Below, one piece after another: positions 27,392 through 36,567 of a DNA stretch of 43,346 bases. The position numbers and the translations under genes were made by a program. Numbering within the stretch: the stretch's first letter is position 1; each line of letters opens with the position of its first letter. The notes under the pieces are model-generated. The model saw only the letters and a program-made list of their open reading frames with translations. It made no database searches and was not told the DNA's origin. The stretch comes from an uncultured virus (IMG/VR IMGVR_UViG_3300020256_000017) (taxonomy: Duplodnaviria > Heunggongvirae > Uroviricota > Caudoviricetes), in the IMG/VR virus record IMGVR_UViG_3300020256_000017. One strand, written 5' to 3'.

Positions 27392-27404
27392 TGCAAGGCT
27401 TTTT
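27377..27404. terminator. Bidirectional terminator
   Basis: AAAAAGCCTTGC-taat-GCAAGGCTTTTT. Confidence 0.8.
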
Positions 27405-27420
27405 AGTTCTGGTGGTGTGT

Positions 27421-28098
27421 CTACTGTTTTTTTCGCCTAAACGCCAGTCCTGCAAGAGCAAGGCCTGCTAAACCCATCGCTGGCACGTTGTTAATTGGTG
27501 CATTTGGGTTTCTCGCATTGAGTGTAGGATCGTTGATTGAAGAGTACGTCACCCCGCCGTCAGAAACGAGATAAATGCCCGCCTCTGGTCTTGCCGTGTC
27601 AAGGGTATAAGATCCCTCACTGTACCCACTTCGAAAAAACGTGGATGTCCCGCCTGAGGTATAGCCCAATACACCAAAGGAATAAATGTCACCATTATCG
27701 TCTGCGCCTAAGCCGAATGCGTGGCGCCTATTGTTTGCCGTATGTGTCAGGCCCATTATGTCCGTAAATTTACGGTAAACAGGTTCGTTAATATTTCCGC
27801 CTTGTATTTGCGTTGAGTTGGCCGGAAGCTTTCCGTTGAACGCATAGCGAGCAAACGTGTCGATTTCATCAAAAGTTGGCAAGCGCCACCCTTCGAATGT
27901 ACCGCCCTGGGCAGTTTGGTTGATGACTTCCTGAATAGACATGCCGTCGGTTTGAGTCAGGTCGAGCCACTCAATGCCCGTTTCTTCATGCAGTGTGGCA
28001 AGAGCGTCACCGCTTGTTTTCCAGTCCGTTGCTACGAGGTCTGCTTGCGCCATGCCGGAAAAGGCAAATAGTGCAAAAAAAGCCGCTTTTACATTCAT
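27421..28098 (-). CDS. Exported protein with PEP-CTERM-like (VP-CTERM) tail
   Basis: Start moved to MNVKAA; signal peptide; TGIEWLDLT..WRLPT domain; tail NVPAMG, hydrophobic stretch, RRKK. Confidence 0.75.
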   Translation of the reverse strand: MNVKAAFFALFAFSGMAQADLVATDWKTSGDALATLHEETGIEWLDLTQTDGMSIQEVINQTAQGGTFEGWRLPTFDEIDTFARYAFNGKLPANSTQIQGGNINEPVYRKFTDIMGLTHTANNRRHAFGLGADDNGDIYSFGVLGYTSGGTSTFFRSGYSEGSYTLDTARPEAGIYLVSDGGVTYSSINDPTLNARNPNAPINNVPAMGLAGLALAGLAFRRKKQ

Positions 28099-28210
28099 TG
28101 TAAAACCCCTAATAAAAATGAATTTGCAAAGTGTGTATATGAAATAGAGCAATGCAATTAATATTCCATCATTTCGATGGCACATGCATTGCATTTAAGG
28201 ATGCAGGTGT

Positions 28211-28516
28211 GTGATGGCAGGGAATCCAAATCCAATGAAAGCAATCTTAGGTTTTATTTTTGCAGGGCTTTTTAGTCAAGGCGCACTAGCCAGCACGGGG
28301 CCAGTGCAACAAATCGTGGCAAGTGACATAAAGAAAGTCACGCATTATCAGGGCTACGCTTCGGTGTTTCTTAATGATGGTTGTGTTGTTGTAGGGAAAA
28401 AAATGCCTGGGGACGGTGTGGTGCGTTATCGGTACAAAGGAAAGTTATGTGTCGAAGGTGAAAACATAGAGGCACCGGCGTTGCCTTTTGTCATCCCACC
28501 GCAATTCAGAGAGTAG
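28211..28516 (+). CDS. Small secreted hypothetical protein
   Basis: Signal peptide MKAILG...ALA (start probably 28235). Confidence 0.6.
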   Translation: MMAGNPNPMKAILGFIFAGLFSQGALASTGPVQQIVASDIKKVTHYQGYASVFLNDGCVVVGKKMPGDGVVRYRYKGKLCVEGENIEAPALPFVIPPQFRE

Positions 28517-28563
28517 ATTATAGTTGCTTAAATGTTGCTGTAGTGATATTGTAAACCTCGTAA

Positions 28564-28935
28564 ATGAGGACTGTTATGAAATCACTGATAGCCATAATAA
28601 TTTATGCAGCGGCATTTGGCGCTTCTGCTGAGGCAACAAAGCCCCCGGTGCCAAAACGATCAGCTACGCTCGTGGAGACTCAGGTGTTTAGGCATCTTCA
28701 AAAAACCATTATCGATATGGAAAAAAGATGCTTCAAGGGGGCAGCGCTCATGTTCTCTGAAAAGGCCGCCTGCCAACAGGATGCGTATCATGTCAAATCG
28801 CTGCTTGCGCTATTTTCACGAGTTGAGTATAGCGGCGGCAACAATGGACTTTTGGCGTTAATGAAAAGTTGGGAGAATATCACTGGCCCGAGATTGATTA
28901 AGCAAGGGATCATTGATGAGGCCTCGTTGCGATGA
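28564..28935 (+). CDS. Small secreted hypothetical protein
   Basis: Signal peptide MKSLIA...ASA (start probably 28576). Confidence 0.65.
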   Translation: MRTVMKSLIAIIIYAAAFGASAEATKPPVPKRSATLVETQVFRHLQKTIIDMEKRCFKGAALMFSEKAACQQDAYHVKSLLALFSRVEYSGGNNGLLALMKSWENITGPRLIKQGIIDEASLR

Positions 28936-28942
28936 TTAAGCA

Positions 28943-29407
28943 TCAAGGCATGGAGAGATAGCCTGAATGCTCGCCGGTTTGTTTTAGTGATATGGCGCTG
29001 GCTGTCTGTATAGCGCTATCAACAGAGAGCGCAGAGAGAGGGATAAAAGCAACGAATTTCCCTAAATTGTCGATTTCAACGGCATCGATAACACCTGAAT
29101 GAGAGAGTATCAGTACGCCGGAGCATGAGGAAATACTGTGCGTTTTAAAACAGGCATCAAGCACATGATCAATGTCTTGCTCAACGGTGGCATTACCCTT
29201 AACTTTATCTTCAATCAGCAAGTAACGTTTAATTTTAGTAACATCAAAGTCAGCCCGGGGCGATGAGAAAAGGTCGTCCATTTTTGCGTGAGATTGCCTT
29301 GCCATAGCGTAAGATTCAGCTCGACACACCGGCCCCATACCTGCGGCCCTAGATGATTTTTCGGTGAGAGGCTTGCCGCATGATAAGCAAAGTTTGAGGT
29401 TAGACAT
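28943..29407 (-). CDS. DUF6011-like zinc-ribbon protein
   Basis: CxxCGKPLT..S...GMGPVC. Confidence 0.7.
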   Translation of the reverse strand: MSNLKLCLSCGKPLTEKSSRAAGMGPVCRAESYAMARQSHAKMDDLFSSPRADFDVTKIKRYLLIEDKVKGNATVEQDIDHVLDACFKTHSISSCSGVLILSHSGVIDAVEIDNLGKFVAFIPLSALSVDSAIQTASAISLKQTGEHSGYLSMP

Positions 29408-29536
29408 ATTTCATCCCAGATGATAGATTGTGTATTGATGTTATCACATTAGCACTAAAACTGACGGCCTGTTATTTTATTGAACTTGTGGGTGTTGAGT
29501 GGTATAATAACAAAAAATAAAAAGCGGGGAGATAGA

Positions 29537-30508
29537 GTGATACAGAGAATAATCGGGGTTCTGCTATGCAGCGCGTTAGGCGTGTTCTTTTGGTATGAGG
29601 AACACAGCAATCAAGGTCTTACTTTATTTATCGATGCTAAAACGGGGGCGACCATGTCTGCGATACCCTATCAGCATTATGTGAACCCAAGACTGAAAGC
29701 ATACCAGTCTAACCCTTCTCTTTTAAAGATACCACCTGCGGAACATCGTCAATATTATCAGTCCATTAGCCATGGCGAATTGAGCAGAGTTAAGTTAAAT
29801 ACGATAAGTCGTTACTATGGATTGCCCGATGACTTGCTATTTTACCAAAGCAAAGTCGAGTCGAGTGGGCGGTGTGAGGGCAGTATCAGTCATGCCGGGG
29901 CAGTAGGATGTTTTCAATTTATGGCCGCAACTGCACAAGATTTTAGTCTAATTAAAGAAAACGAGGACTACCGCACAAACCTTTACGCGTCAGCAGATGC
30001 AGCTGCAAGATATATGCTGTGGTTGTCTTATTTGCTTTATGGTGACGCATCTGAACCTTCTGACTGGGAGCAACTTCGCCATGTGTTGGCGGCCTATAAC
30101 GCCGGTCACACAAGGGTGAAGGGTAGGCGCGGTATTCGCATTCCCACTTTTTACGAAACCATTCGCTACGTTATCACAATAGAGAACTTGGTGAAAAGAA
30201 AAGCGGTGTGGGTGAAAAGAGGAGACTCTTTGGCATCGATAAGCAAGAGGACGAATGTTCCTGTGAGCGCGATCTTAAGAGGAAACCTTGGCGTGACCAG
30301 TGACCAAGATTTGCGTGCAGATACCGTTCTGTCTTTACCGGATGCAGCAGGGATGACAAGGATGGTTGTAAAACGGGGAATGAGTTTGTATCAAATTTCT
30401 CATCGAACGGGCATCCCTGTCGAACAAGTTGCGAACGTGAATGGGATTGGAGAGTCAGGGATAATCAGGGTGGGAGAGGTGTTACGTTTACCTGCCATTG
30501 GAAAATGA
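29537..30508 (+). CDS. Lytic transglycosylase (SLT) with two LysM domains
   Basis: VES, GAVGCFQFM, LAAYNAG, ETIRYV; two C-terminal VKRG.SL..IS LysM repeats; GTG start inferred. Confidence 0.9.
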   Translation: MIQRIIGVLLCSALGVFFWYEEHSNQGLTLFIDAKTGATMSAIPYQHYVNPRLKAYQSNPSLLKIPPAEHRQYYQSISHGELSRVKLNTISRYYGLPDDLLFYQSKVESSGRCEGSISHAGAVGCFQFMAATAQDFSLIKENEDYRTNLYASADAAARYMLWLSYLLYGDASEPSDWEQLRHVLAAYNAGHTRVKGRRGIRIPTFYETIRYVITIENLVKRKAVWVKRGDSLASISKRTNVPVSAILRGNLGVTSDQDLRADTVLSLPDAAGMTRMVVKRGMSLYQISHRTGIPVEQVANVNGIGESGIIRVGEVLRLPAIGK

Positions 30509-30644
30509 ATGGCGGCTGAACAGCATGCCAAAAATCTGAATAAAAGTTGAAAAAATATTTAAAGTTTGATATTGTAAGGTAAATCCATGCAGCGTGCGTG
30601 GGAGCCATACCGTGTAATACGGGATTGAAGATGAGGATATCACA

Positions 30645-32423
30645 ATGCGTCAACACCAAAAGAAAATAACATCAGCGATTATCGCGGGCTTGTTTGCGAC
30701 TGCGGCAGGTTCTGTCCATGCTACAAGTTCATACTTTGAACCTAAAGTGCTTGTAGGTGAATCACAGAATAAACAACCTACTCAAGTGGCATTTTACGAT
30801 TACCCAGCACCCTCAACGGTAACGGAGACGGGTATACTGTTTTTCTATTCTGAGGCCGTGCTTCGTGATTATTTTGATGGCGATCCTATTGCGCTATACA
30901 ACTTCATTGACGAAAGTATCGCCGTCAATAATGAAACACTGGCACGCGGAGGCATCGGCCTATCGCGAACATCAGTCGGCGTACTGCCAATTTCAGATGA
31001 TTTTGTTGACGCGGAGCTATACACGACAGAGTCATCTGTTGTTCGCTATTTTACAGAAATCGCATCTGGTGAGCCTGGCAGTGCGGCAATGAGTAACGCG
31101 TTTGGTCAATATGGCGCATCTTATTATGTAATGATTGCTAAACGCGACACTGATGATGTTAATGCGTTTGTCGGGAAGGCCACGCTAGGTGGTGATTCTG
31201 CGGTAGTGACGCCTTATGAAAATACACAACACTCTGTGACCATCATGGCTCACGAGTTAGGTCACAATGATGGTCTTCGACACAATCGAGAGTCTGATAC
31301 AACAACGCCTTATATGTTGGCGACCTATGCTGTAGGCGATCGCTGCGACACAAACTATTCCATTATGGATAGTCGCGGTTTTAGCTATACCGACGAGCAC
31401 TTCTTTTCAGATCCTGCACACTCTGACATAGACACTGGAGAAGCCTGTGGTGAGTTGCAAGTTGCAGATGCTGCCGCAGCCTATCGAGAAGGCGTTGCAA
31501 AAATTGAAGAAAAACGCGCGGAGACGCCAACCGATTTTAGTTGGGCGTTGAGAAATATTGTTGATATGAACGATATTAACGGCTTGGCCACTATCGATGT
31601 CGGCAGCGCATTTGTGGACGAAAGTACAGGTGCATTGACTGGTAGCGTACTGTGGTCTCGATTCGATGCCGCTAACGCAAGTCAAGACGGCGTGCCACAC
31701 GGTTCTTTTGAATTGGTGGTGGACTATGATGCAAGCACCATCAGTAAAGACGATATTGTTGGTGATGGTATTATCCCTTTAACTTATGATGGCACAGGCC
31801 GAACGACTTTTTCCATTGAGCTTGTTAATGACGACGAGTTTGAAGTGAGTGAGACGCTTGTGTTGCGTGTTATGAACCCGAACGGGGTAGAGATTAACAA
31901 TGATGTGAAGTCTGTAACTTACACGATCGGGTCGGATGATGTAGGTAATGCTGGTACTTTCTCTTTCTCGCAAGCGAGCAAAACCGTTAATGAGGGCAGC
32001 TCGTCGTTTGTAGACATCATTCGTGAAAACGGTAGCGATGGTGCTGTGGCCGTGAATGTGAAGTCATTTAATGGAACCGCAGTAGCGGGAGAGGATTACA
32101 CTGCAATAGACACCACAGTGAATTTCGAGCCTGGCGAAACGTCAAAGCGCATTGCGATTGCGACAATGACAGACGCTACGGAAGATGATGAAAGCTTTAC
32201 GCTACGTATTGTTAATGACAATATTAATGTAGATGTGGATGAAGTGGTCATCAACATCAATGACACCACGGATAATAGCGGTGGTGGAAATGATGGTGGT
32301 AATAATGGCGGCGGCAACAATGGCGGCAATGCCGGCAATGCCGGTGGAAGCTCTGGCGGTGGTAGCATGGGGTGGATGGCTGTGTTGCTAGCGGGCGCCT
32401 GCGTATGGCGTAGAAAGAAGTAA
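30645..32423 (+). CDS. Reprolysin-like (M12B) metallopeptidase with Calx-beta domains and GlyGly-CTERM anchor
   Basis: HELGHNDGLRH plus SIM Met-turn; GTAVAGEDY/FEPGET Calx-beta motifs; GGGSMGW, TM segment, RRKK tail. Confidence 0.88.
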   Translation: MRQHQKKITSAIIAGLFATAAGSVHATSSYFEPKVLVGESQNKQPTQVAFYDYPAPSTVTETGILFFYSEAVLRDYFDGDPIALYNFIDESIAVNNETLARGGIGLSRTSVGVLPISDDFVDAELYTTESSVVRYFTEIASGEPGSAAMSNAFGQYGASYYVMIAKRDTDDVNAFVGKATLGGDSAVVTPYENTQHSVTIMAHELGHNDGLRHNRESDTTTPYMLATYAVGDRCDTNYSIMDSRGFSYTDEHFFSDPAHSDIDTGEACGELQVADAAAAYREGVAKIEEKRAETPTDFSWALRNIVDMNDINGLATIDVGSAFVDESTGALTGSVLWSRFDAANASQDGVPHGSFELVVDYDASTISKDDIVGDGIIPLTYDGTGRTTFSIELVNDDEFEVSETLVLRVMNPNGVEINNDVKSVTYTIGSDDVGNAGTFSFSQASKTVNEGSSSFVDIIRENGSDGAVAVNVKSFNGTAVAGEDYTAIDTTVNFEPGETSKRIAIATMTDATEDDESFTLRIVNDNINVDVDEVVININDTTDNSGGGNDGGNNGGGNNGGNAGNAGGSSGGGSMGWMAVLLAGACVWRRKK

Positions 32424-32442
32424 TTTGCATTTAGCATAAAAC

Positions 32443-32472
32443 AAAAAAGCCTGTCATGACAGGCTTTTTTTT
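32443..32472. terminator. Bidirectional terminator
   Basis: AAAAAAGCCTGTC-at-GACAGGCTTTTTTT. Confidence 0.8.
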
Positions 32473-32484
32473 GTGTGAGGTGGC

Positions 32485-32673
32485 TTAGAAGACCACTGTG
32501 CCACCATTACCAGTTTTTGGTTTTGTCGGTGGTGTTGATTTCAGTAAAACCACGGTTTCCACTGGGCTAACGTTGTCTAATTTTTGTTCTTCTGCGTCAA
32601 CTGGTTTAGCCATTGCGCTTGATGTCCCTAGAGCGAATGCTGTTGCTACAGCAAAAAGAGCTACCTTTTTCAT
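32485..32673 (-). CDS. 62-aa secreted peptide
   Basis: Signal peptide MKKVALF...SAMA; SD GGAAGG. Confidence 0.65.
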   Translation of the reverse strand: MKKVALFAVATAFALGTSSAMAKPVDAEEQKLDNVSPVETVVLLKSTPPTKPKTGNGGTVVF

Positions 32674-33008
32674 TGTAAATACCTTCCGATTTGAGTGAAT
32701 AAAAACGCATATTTTATGCAATGTCCACTATCGCAAGGTGTAGGCCAGTTACGACAAAAGTATAATGTCATCATCGGCTTACATTTAAAACTCCCCCTAT
32801 AAGGAAGCTTATTCAGGGTGATTTAACTGTAAATTTATTCAGCATAAATGCATCACAAAACAACATGTCAGCTTATTTTACACAACAAAGGTTAAATTTC
32901 AACCCACTGTAAAACAAGCGTCAGGCTCCTTATTTCATTGGGCGCATCTGCCACAATTGGAATAAATATAGCATAACTTTCTGGCAAGGGCAAAATAGGG
33001 ATATATAT

Positions 33009-33530
33009 ATGGAAAGTAACTCGCATAGAAGCACACTTACCGTCGATGGTATCGAGTGCAATACATTATCAGAGGTGTCGCTTTGCTACCGAAGCGACGG
33101 CGATTTTGAAAGCCGACTGAAGCATACTGTTAAAACGCTGCCTATTGGAATGCCGTCTAGTATGGGGGTTATACCTGGTTCTGAAGAGAGTAATGTGATG
33201 ATTTCAAAAGGCGTGTGTGCTGGCGGCTTGTTTTTTTACTTTGAGCAGGTGGCAGGATTACGAGAGTTTGACGAAGAGACCATTTCCGTAGTTTGGCAGC
33301 GAGAGCAAGACGGAATTACCCCGGTCGATGTGCTTGAGGTTAAGGGGTGTGCGCTGCCTTCACGTGAAGACGCTCTAACAACACTCATGATTGAAGTCCT
33401 GGCCGACCAGATTGCGCAACGTGTAAGGGAGCTTGATTTGCTGAGAGCAGGTGCCCTTATGGTGCTAGATGACTTGTTAAGTAATGATGATGACGCTACG
33501 ACGCAAACGTGCGGCGCCAATGAAGGCTAA
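33009..33530 (+). CDS. Acidic hypothetical protein
   Basis: SD AGGGG; 173-aa ORF. Confidence 0.65.
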   Translation: MESNSHRSTLTVDGIECNTLSEVSLCYRSDGDFESRLKHTVKTLPIGMPSSMGVIPGSEESNVMISKGVCAGGLFFYFEQVAGLREFDEETISVVWQREQDGITPVDVLEVKGCALPSREDALTTLMIEVLADQIAQRVRELDLLRAGALMVLDDLLSNDDDATTQTCGANEG

Positions 33531-33744
33531 AGTAGGTGAATAGTGAGAGCCACGTTGTCACGTAAGGGACGACAAATGACGCGGCAACAAGAAGCGGGTT
33601 AGCGTCAAACTGGATCGCTCCCCATGCACACAAAAAGCCGACCGTCAGTGTAGCGGCATCAATGTATCGGATGCGTGCGCTGATACCGACATCTAAAAGA
33701 AAGTCGAAAAAACTGGGAGTGGTCCTGTTCACTTTTTTCTCCAA
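33496..33744 (-). CDS. Small membrane protein (2 TM)
   Basis: Two hydrophobic segments. Confidence 0.5.
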   Translation of the reverse strand: MEKKVNRTTPSFFDFLLDVGISARIRYIDAATLTVGFLCAWGAIQFDANPLLVAASFVVPYVTTWLSLFTYFSLHWRRTFAS

Positions 33745-33746
33745 AA

Positions 33747-33787
33747 TAAATTAGGGGTATTCGGAATAGTGTGTGGAATCACGATAT
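33747..33787. repeat. Left copy of an imperfect ~40-bp inverted repeat
   Basis: TAAATTAGGGGTATTCGGAATAGTGTGTGGAATCACGATAT; partner at 35068-35107. Confidence 0.7.
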
Positions 33788-35050
33788 CACAGCATCGTTG
33801 CACACGCCTTTTTTGTTTCTTTCATGCCAATCCAGAAGAATGTGCAGTACATACTCAACACCATTAGGAGTGCTAGCTACTTTATTATACCAATCAATAA
33901 GAGCAGCATGGTTAGTTGGGTCAAGTGCTGCCAACCAATCTTTATTGACGTTCTGGAAAAACATGTCATCTTCATCAACTGTAGGAATGATTTTTTGGTT
34001 TTCTTCTGAATCTTCCAAATTGCCAAGAATCAAGTTCAATTCAGCTGAATAATGTTTGTAGCGCTGGTTTTGATGCGCATTTTCAAGCGTGTCCTTGAGG
34101 TTGTTTTCAAAACCAATTATTGATAGCAACCTAGCAGCTTTGGTTACTGATTCTTCTCGTAAACGATAAAAGTCGAACTCCGACCCTCCTTTTAGAGATT
34201 CTGCAAGCAACGTCGCCTTATTGTGCAACGCTTCTGAAGTTTTTTTGTCGAATAGACCTAAGATCTGACTTGCTACAAGTGTTGCTTTCTCATCAGATAA
34301 GAAAAGTAGCCACGCCAATATGGTTACAACCACATCTTCACTCTCGGCTGAAATACGTATTATGATTTTCTCTTGTAAGGCTTTAACTCCTTGCTTTATA
34401 CCTGTTTTGGCATCACCAGCACCCAATGCATCAAAAATGATGTTTAGATCAAAATAATCATCGCTTCCAAATAATCTAAACGGGTCGCAACAACCCGAAG
34501 ATTCAGCATGTTTAACAACGTAAACATGACCGCCTTCATGTTCGTCGGACTCTTCTATATATTCCATGTATGGGCTGTCATAATCCAGCTTACCCAAAGC
34601 ATTGATATAACTATCACGAACGCAAACGGGTCTGAGCAAATCATTCAGCGTATCTTTATAAGCCGCGATATATTCAGGGATATTGCTTTCATCAATTTTG
34701 TCCCTGCTTAGAAATTCATCTTCAACAAGAATGTAAGGATTAAAGCAGTATCCAACACCACTAACGCTTGGCGAAACTTTTAAGAAAACGTCATCATGTG
34801 GTGTGGTTAAAAACCAAGGTGCGGACAAATCTTTGTACGGATTACCTGGCATATTCGGCAGTCCGAACCTTCTGTGCATATATGTAAACAAATCAGCGTA
34901 GTGCACTTTTGCAAGAGGCGTCTCATTCAAAATCACGTCCTCTAAAGCGTAACCAAAATGCTTATTTGCATTGGTTTCTCGCAGTGAAATGCAAAAACCT
35001 TCAGGGTTTGCGAGTTCAGATGTGAATTTGATTTTGTCTTGTACGTTCAT
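33779..35050 (-). CDS. Hypothetical protein (AT-rich, flanked by inverted repeats)
   Basis: 423-aa ORF with no recognised motif. Confidence 0.8.
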   Translation of the reverse strand: MNVQDKIKFTSELANPEGFCISLRETNANKHFGYALEDVILNETPLAKVHYADLFTYMHRRFGLPNMPGNPYKDLSAPWFLTTPHDDVFLKVSPSVSGVGYCFNPYILVEDEFLSRDKIDESNIPEYIAAYKDTLNDLLRPVCVRDSYINALGKLDYDSPYMEYIEESDEHEGGHVYVVKHAESSGCCDPFRLFGSDDYFDLNIIFDALGAGDAKTGIKQGVKALQEKIIIRISAESEDVVVTILAWLLFLSDEKATLVASQILGLFDKKTSEALHNKATLLAESLKGGSEFDFYRLREESVTKAARLLSIIGFENNLKDTLENAHQNQRYKHYSAELNLILGNLEDSEENQKIIPTVDEDDMFFQNVNKDWLAALDPTNHAALIDWYNKVASTPNGVEYVLHILLDWHERNKKGVCNDAVIS

Positions 35051-35067
35051 GAATTCACCCTTACCGT

Positions 35068-35107
35068 ATATCTAATTTCCACACGTTATTCCGAATATCC
35101 TAAATTA
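35068..35107. repeat. Right copy of the imperfect ~40-bp inverted repeat
   Basis: Reverse complement reads TAATTTAGGATATTCGGAATAACGTGTGGAAATTAGATAT. Confidence 0.7.
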
Positions 35108-35111
35108 GTTG

Positions 35112-35648
35112 TTATTTTTTAGCGTGGCGGTAAACGGGGATTATTCCGTTCCGCGTAACGTCGTTTAGGTAGCTTTTTAGTGCAGGTGTTAAACACCCAA
35201 CAACCTGCTTTGACAACCCACGACATTTTGACTCACGATTACCTGCAATATTCACAACCATAGGTTTCATAAGCATCAAGTAATTTAAGATAGACCGCGT
35301 CGTTGCATCATTACATTCAGTGTAAACCACGTAAGCGCACCCTGACTCAATGCAGGCGTTTATTGTTTTTACCGTTCCGCTGGACTTTTGCTGAGGGGAA
35401 AAGATAAATGTAATGTCTGCTGCGTGTGCATTTTTTACGGTTCGAGGGCCGTAGTCTCTACTCTCATCTTCAATTAAGCCATAACGCGACTGCAATATTT
35501 TCTTGGGGCCTTTTTCGGTTTTAAAGCCTTTTGGGGCCCAACCTGTGGTAGGGATACCTAGTTTATGTGCAGCAGCAAGCCCCGCGACATCAGCGCCAGT
35601 CTGACCGCCAGAGATAACTGTGAAAGGTGTAGATATTTTGAGGGACAT
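35112..35648 (-). CDS. SLOG-superfamily 'putative molybdenum carrier'/cpYpsA-like protein
   Basis: ISGGQTGAD, GWAPKG, RT..N...AD and VNIAGNRES motifs. Start moved to 35648. Confidence 0.8.
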   Translation of the reverse strand: MSLKISTPFTVISGGQTGADVAGLAAAHKLGIPTTGWAPKGFKTEKGPKKILQSRYGLIEDESRDYGPRTVKNAHAADITFIFSPQQKSSGTVKTINACIESGCAYVVYTECNDATTRSILNYLMLMKPMVVNIAGNRESKCRGLSKQVVGCLTPALKSYLNDVTRNGIIPVYRHAKK

Positions 35649-35705
35649 AATTACTCCTTGTGTTGACACTTTTAATGATAACACAAGGAGAGTGGTGGTT
35701 CAACC
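35649..35705 (-). promoter_or_regulatory. Promoter/leader with GTCAACAC motif (35660-35667) inside an 11-bp inverted repeat
   Basis: TTGAAC-N17-TATCAT-N7-GTCAACAC-AAGGAG; CTCCTTGTGTT/AACACAAGGAG. Confidence 0.7.
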
Positions 35706-35715
35706 AAAAAGTACC

Positions 35716-35901
35716 TTATGACACTTTTTGATTGGATTTTTCATTTTGAATGCGCATGTAAATTTCTTCACGGTGCACACTGACTTCTTTTGGCGCGTTA
35801 ACGCCAATGCGAACCTGATTGCCTTTGACGCCCAATACGGAAATGGTAACGTCATCACCAACCATTAAAGTTTCACCTACACGTCGAGTTAAAATTAACA
35901 T
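35716..35901 (-). CDS. csrA: Carbon storage regulator CsrA/RsmA
   Basis: [12 protein letters not shown]...[22 protein letters not shown]. Confidence 0.97.
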   Translation of the reverse strand: MLILTRRVGETLMVGDDVTISVLGVKGNQVRIGVNAPKEVSVHREEIYMRIQNEKSNQKVS

Positions 35902-36043
35902 AATCTTATTCCTTATCCTTGATGTAGTTTCATCATAGAACAGTTATATTTGATAGTCAATGTTTTTTTGTTGCTTTTTGGTCGATTGAATTTAATATTA
36001 TTAAAATCAGAACAAAAAGCAACCAGCAGCCAGTATCAATATA

Positions 36044-36532
36044 TTATAGAGATGCTTTGTTTATAGCATCAAATGCGTTATCAACAGATGCTAAAATATC
36101 CGATTTTTTATTTAGCACCTCTTCCGGTGTATCGCAATCTTTTGCTGCGACAAAGATGGCCATGTCAATGTTGCTAAGGTTCGGGACGTCACCAATGTGT
36201 GTTGGCTCAGTGACATTGTGGAGGTGCGTGAGCAGCCAGATTTGGCCTTGTGATAATGCGTTCTCGCTCTCTTCGTCCAGCACCTGGAAGTAGTCGACCT
36301 TAAGCTCACCACTGTCGATAGCGGCGGCAATGATGGCCTTATGGTCTTTTTCATTTATGGATTCCGGACAAGTTAAATCTCGAACATCAAAATCGCCTTC
36401 ACCAAACTCATTGAGTGAGTAAAAGTACGTCATAGGCGAGTCAACATCATAGTCATCTTCTTTGTAGCTATGAAAAATAGTGACGCCACGATACAGCATA
36501 AAGATCTTGTTTTGTGTTTTGATAACAGGCAT
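36044..36532 (-). CDS. Acidic hypothetical protein
   Basis: Start moved to MPVIK after SD AAGGA; D/E-rich. Confidence 0.7.
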   Translation of the reverse strand: MPVIKTQNKIFMLYRGVTIFHSYKEDDYDVDSPMTYFYSLNEFGEGDFDVRDLTCPESINEKDHKAIIAAAIDSGELKVDYFQVLDEESENALSQGQIWLLTHLHNVTEPTHIGDVPNLSNIDMAIFVAAKDCDTPEEVLNKKSDILASVDNAFDAINKASL

Positions 36533-36567
36533 TTTACATTCCTTATTTCTATTTGTGTATTTTACGT

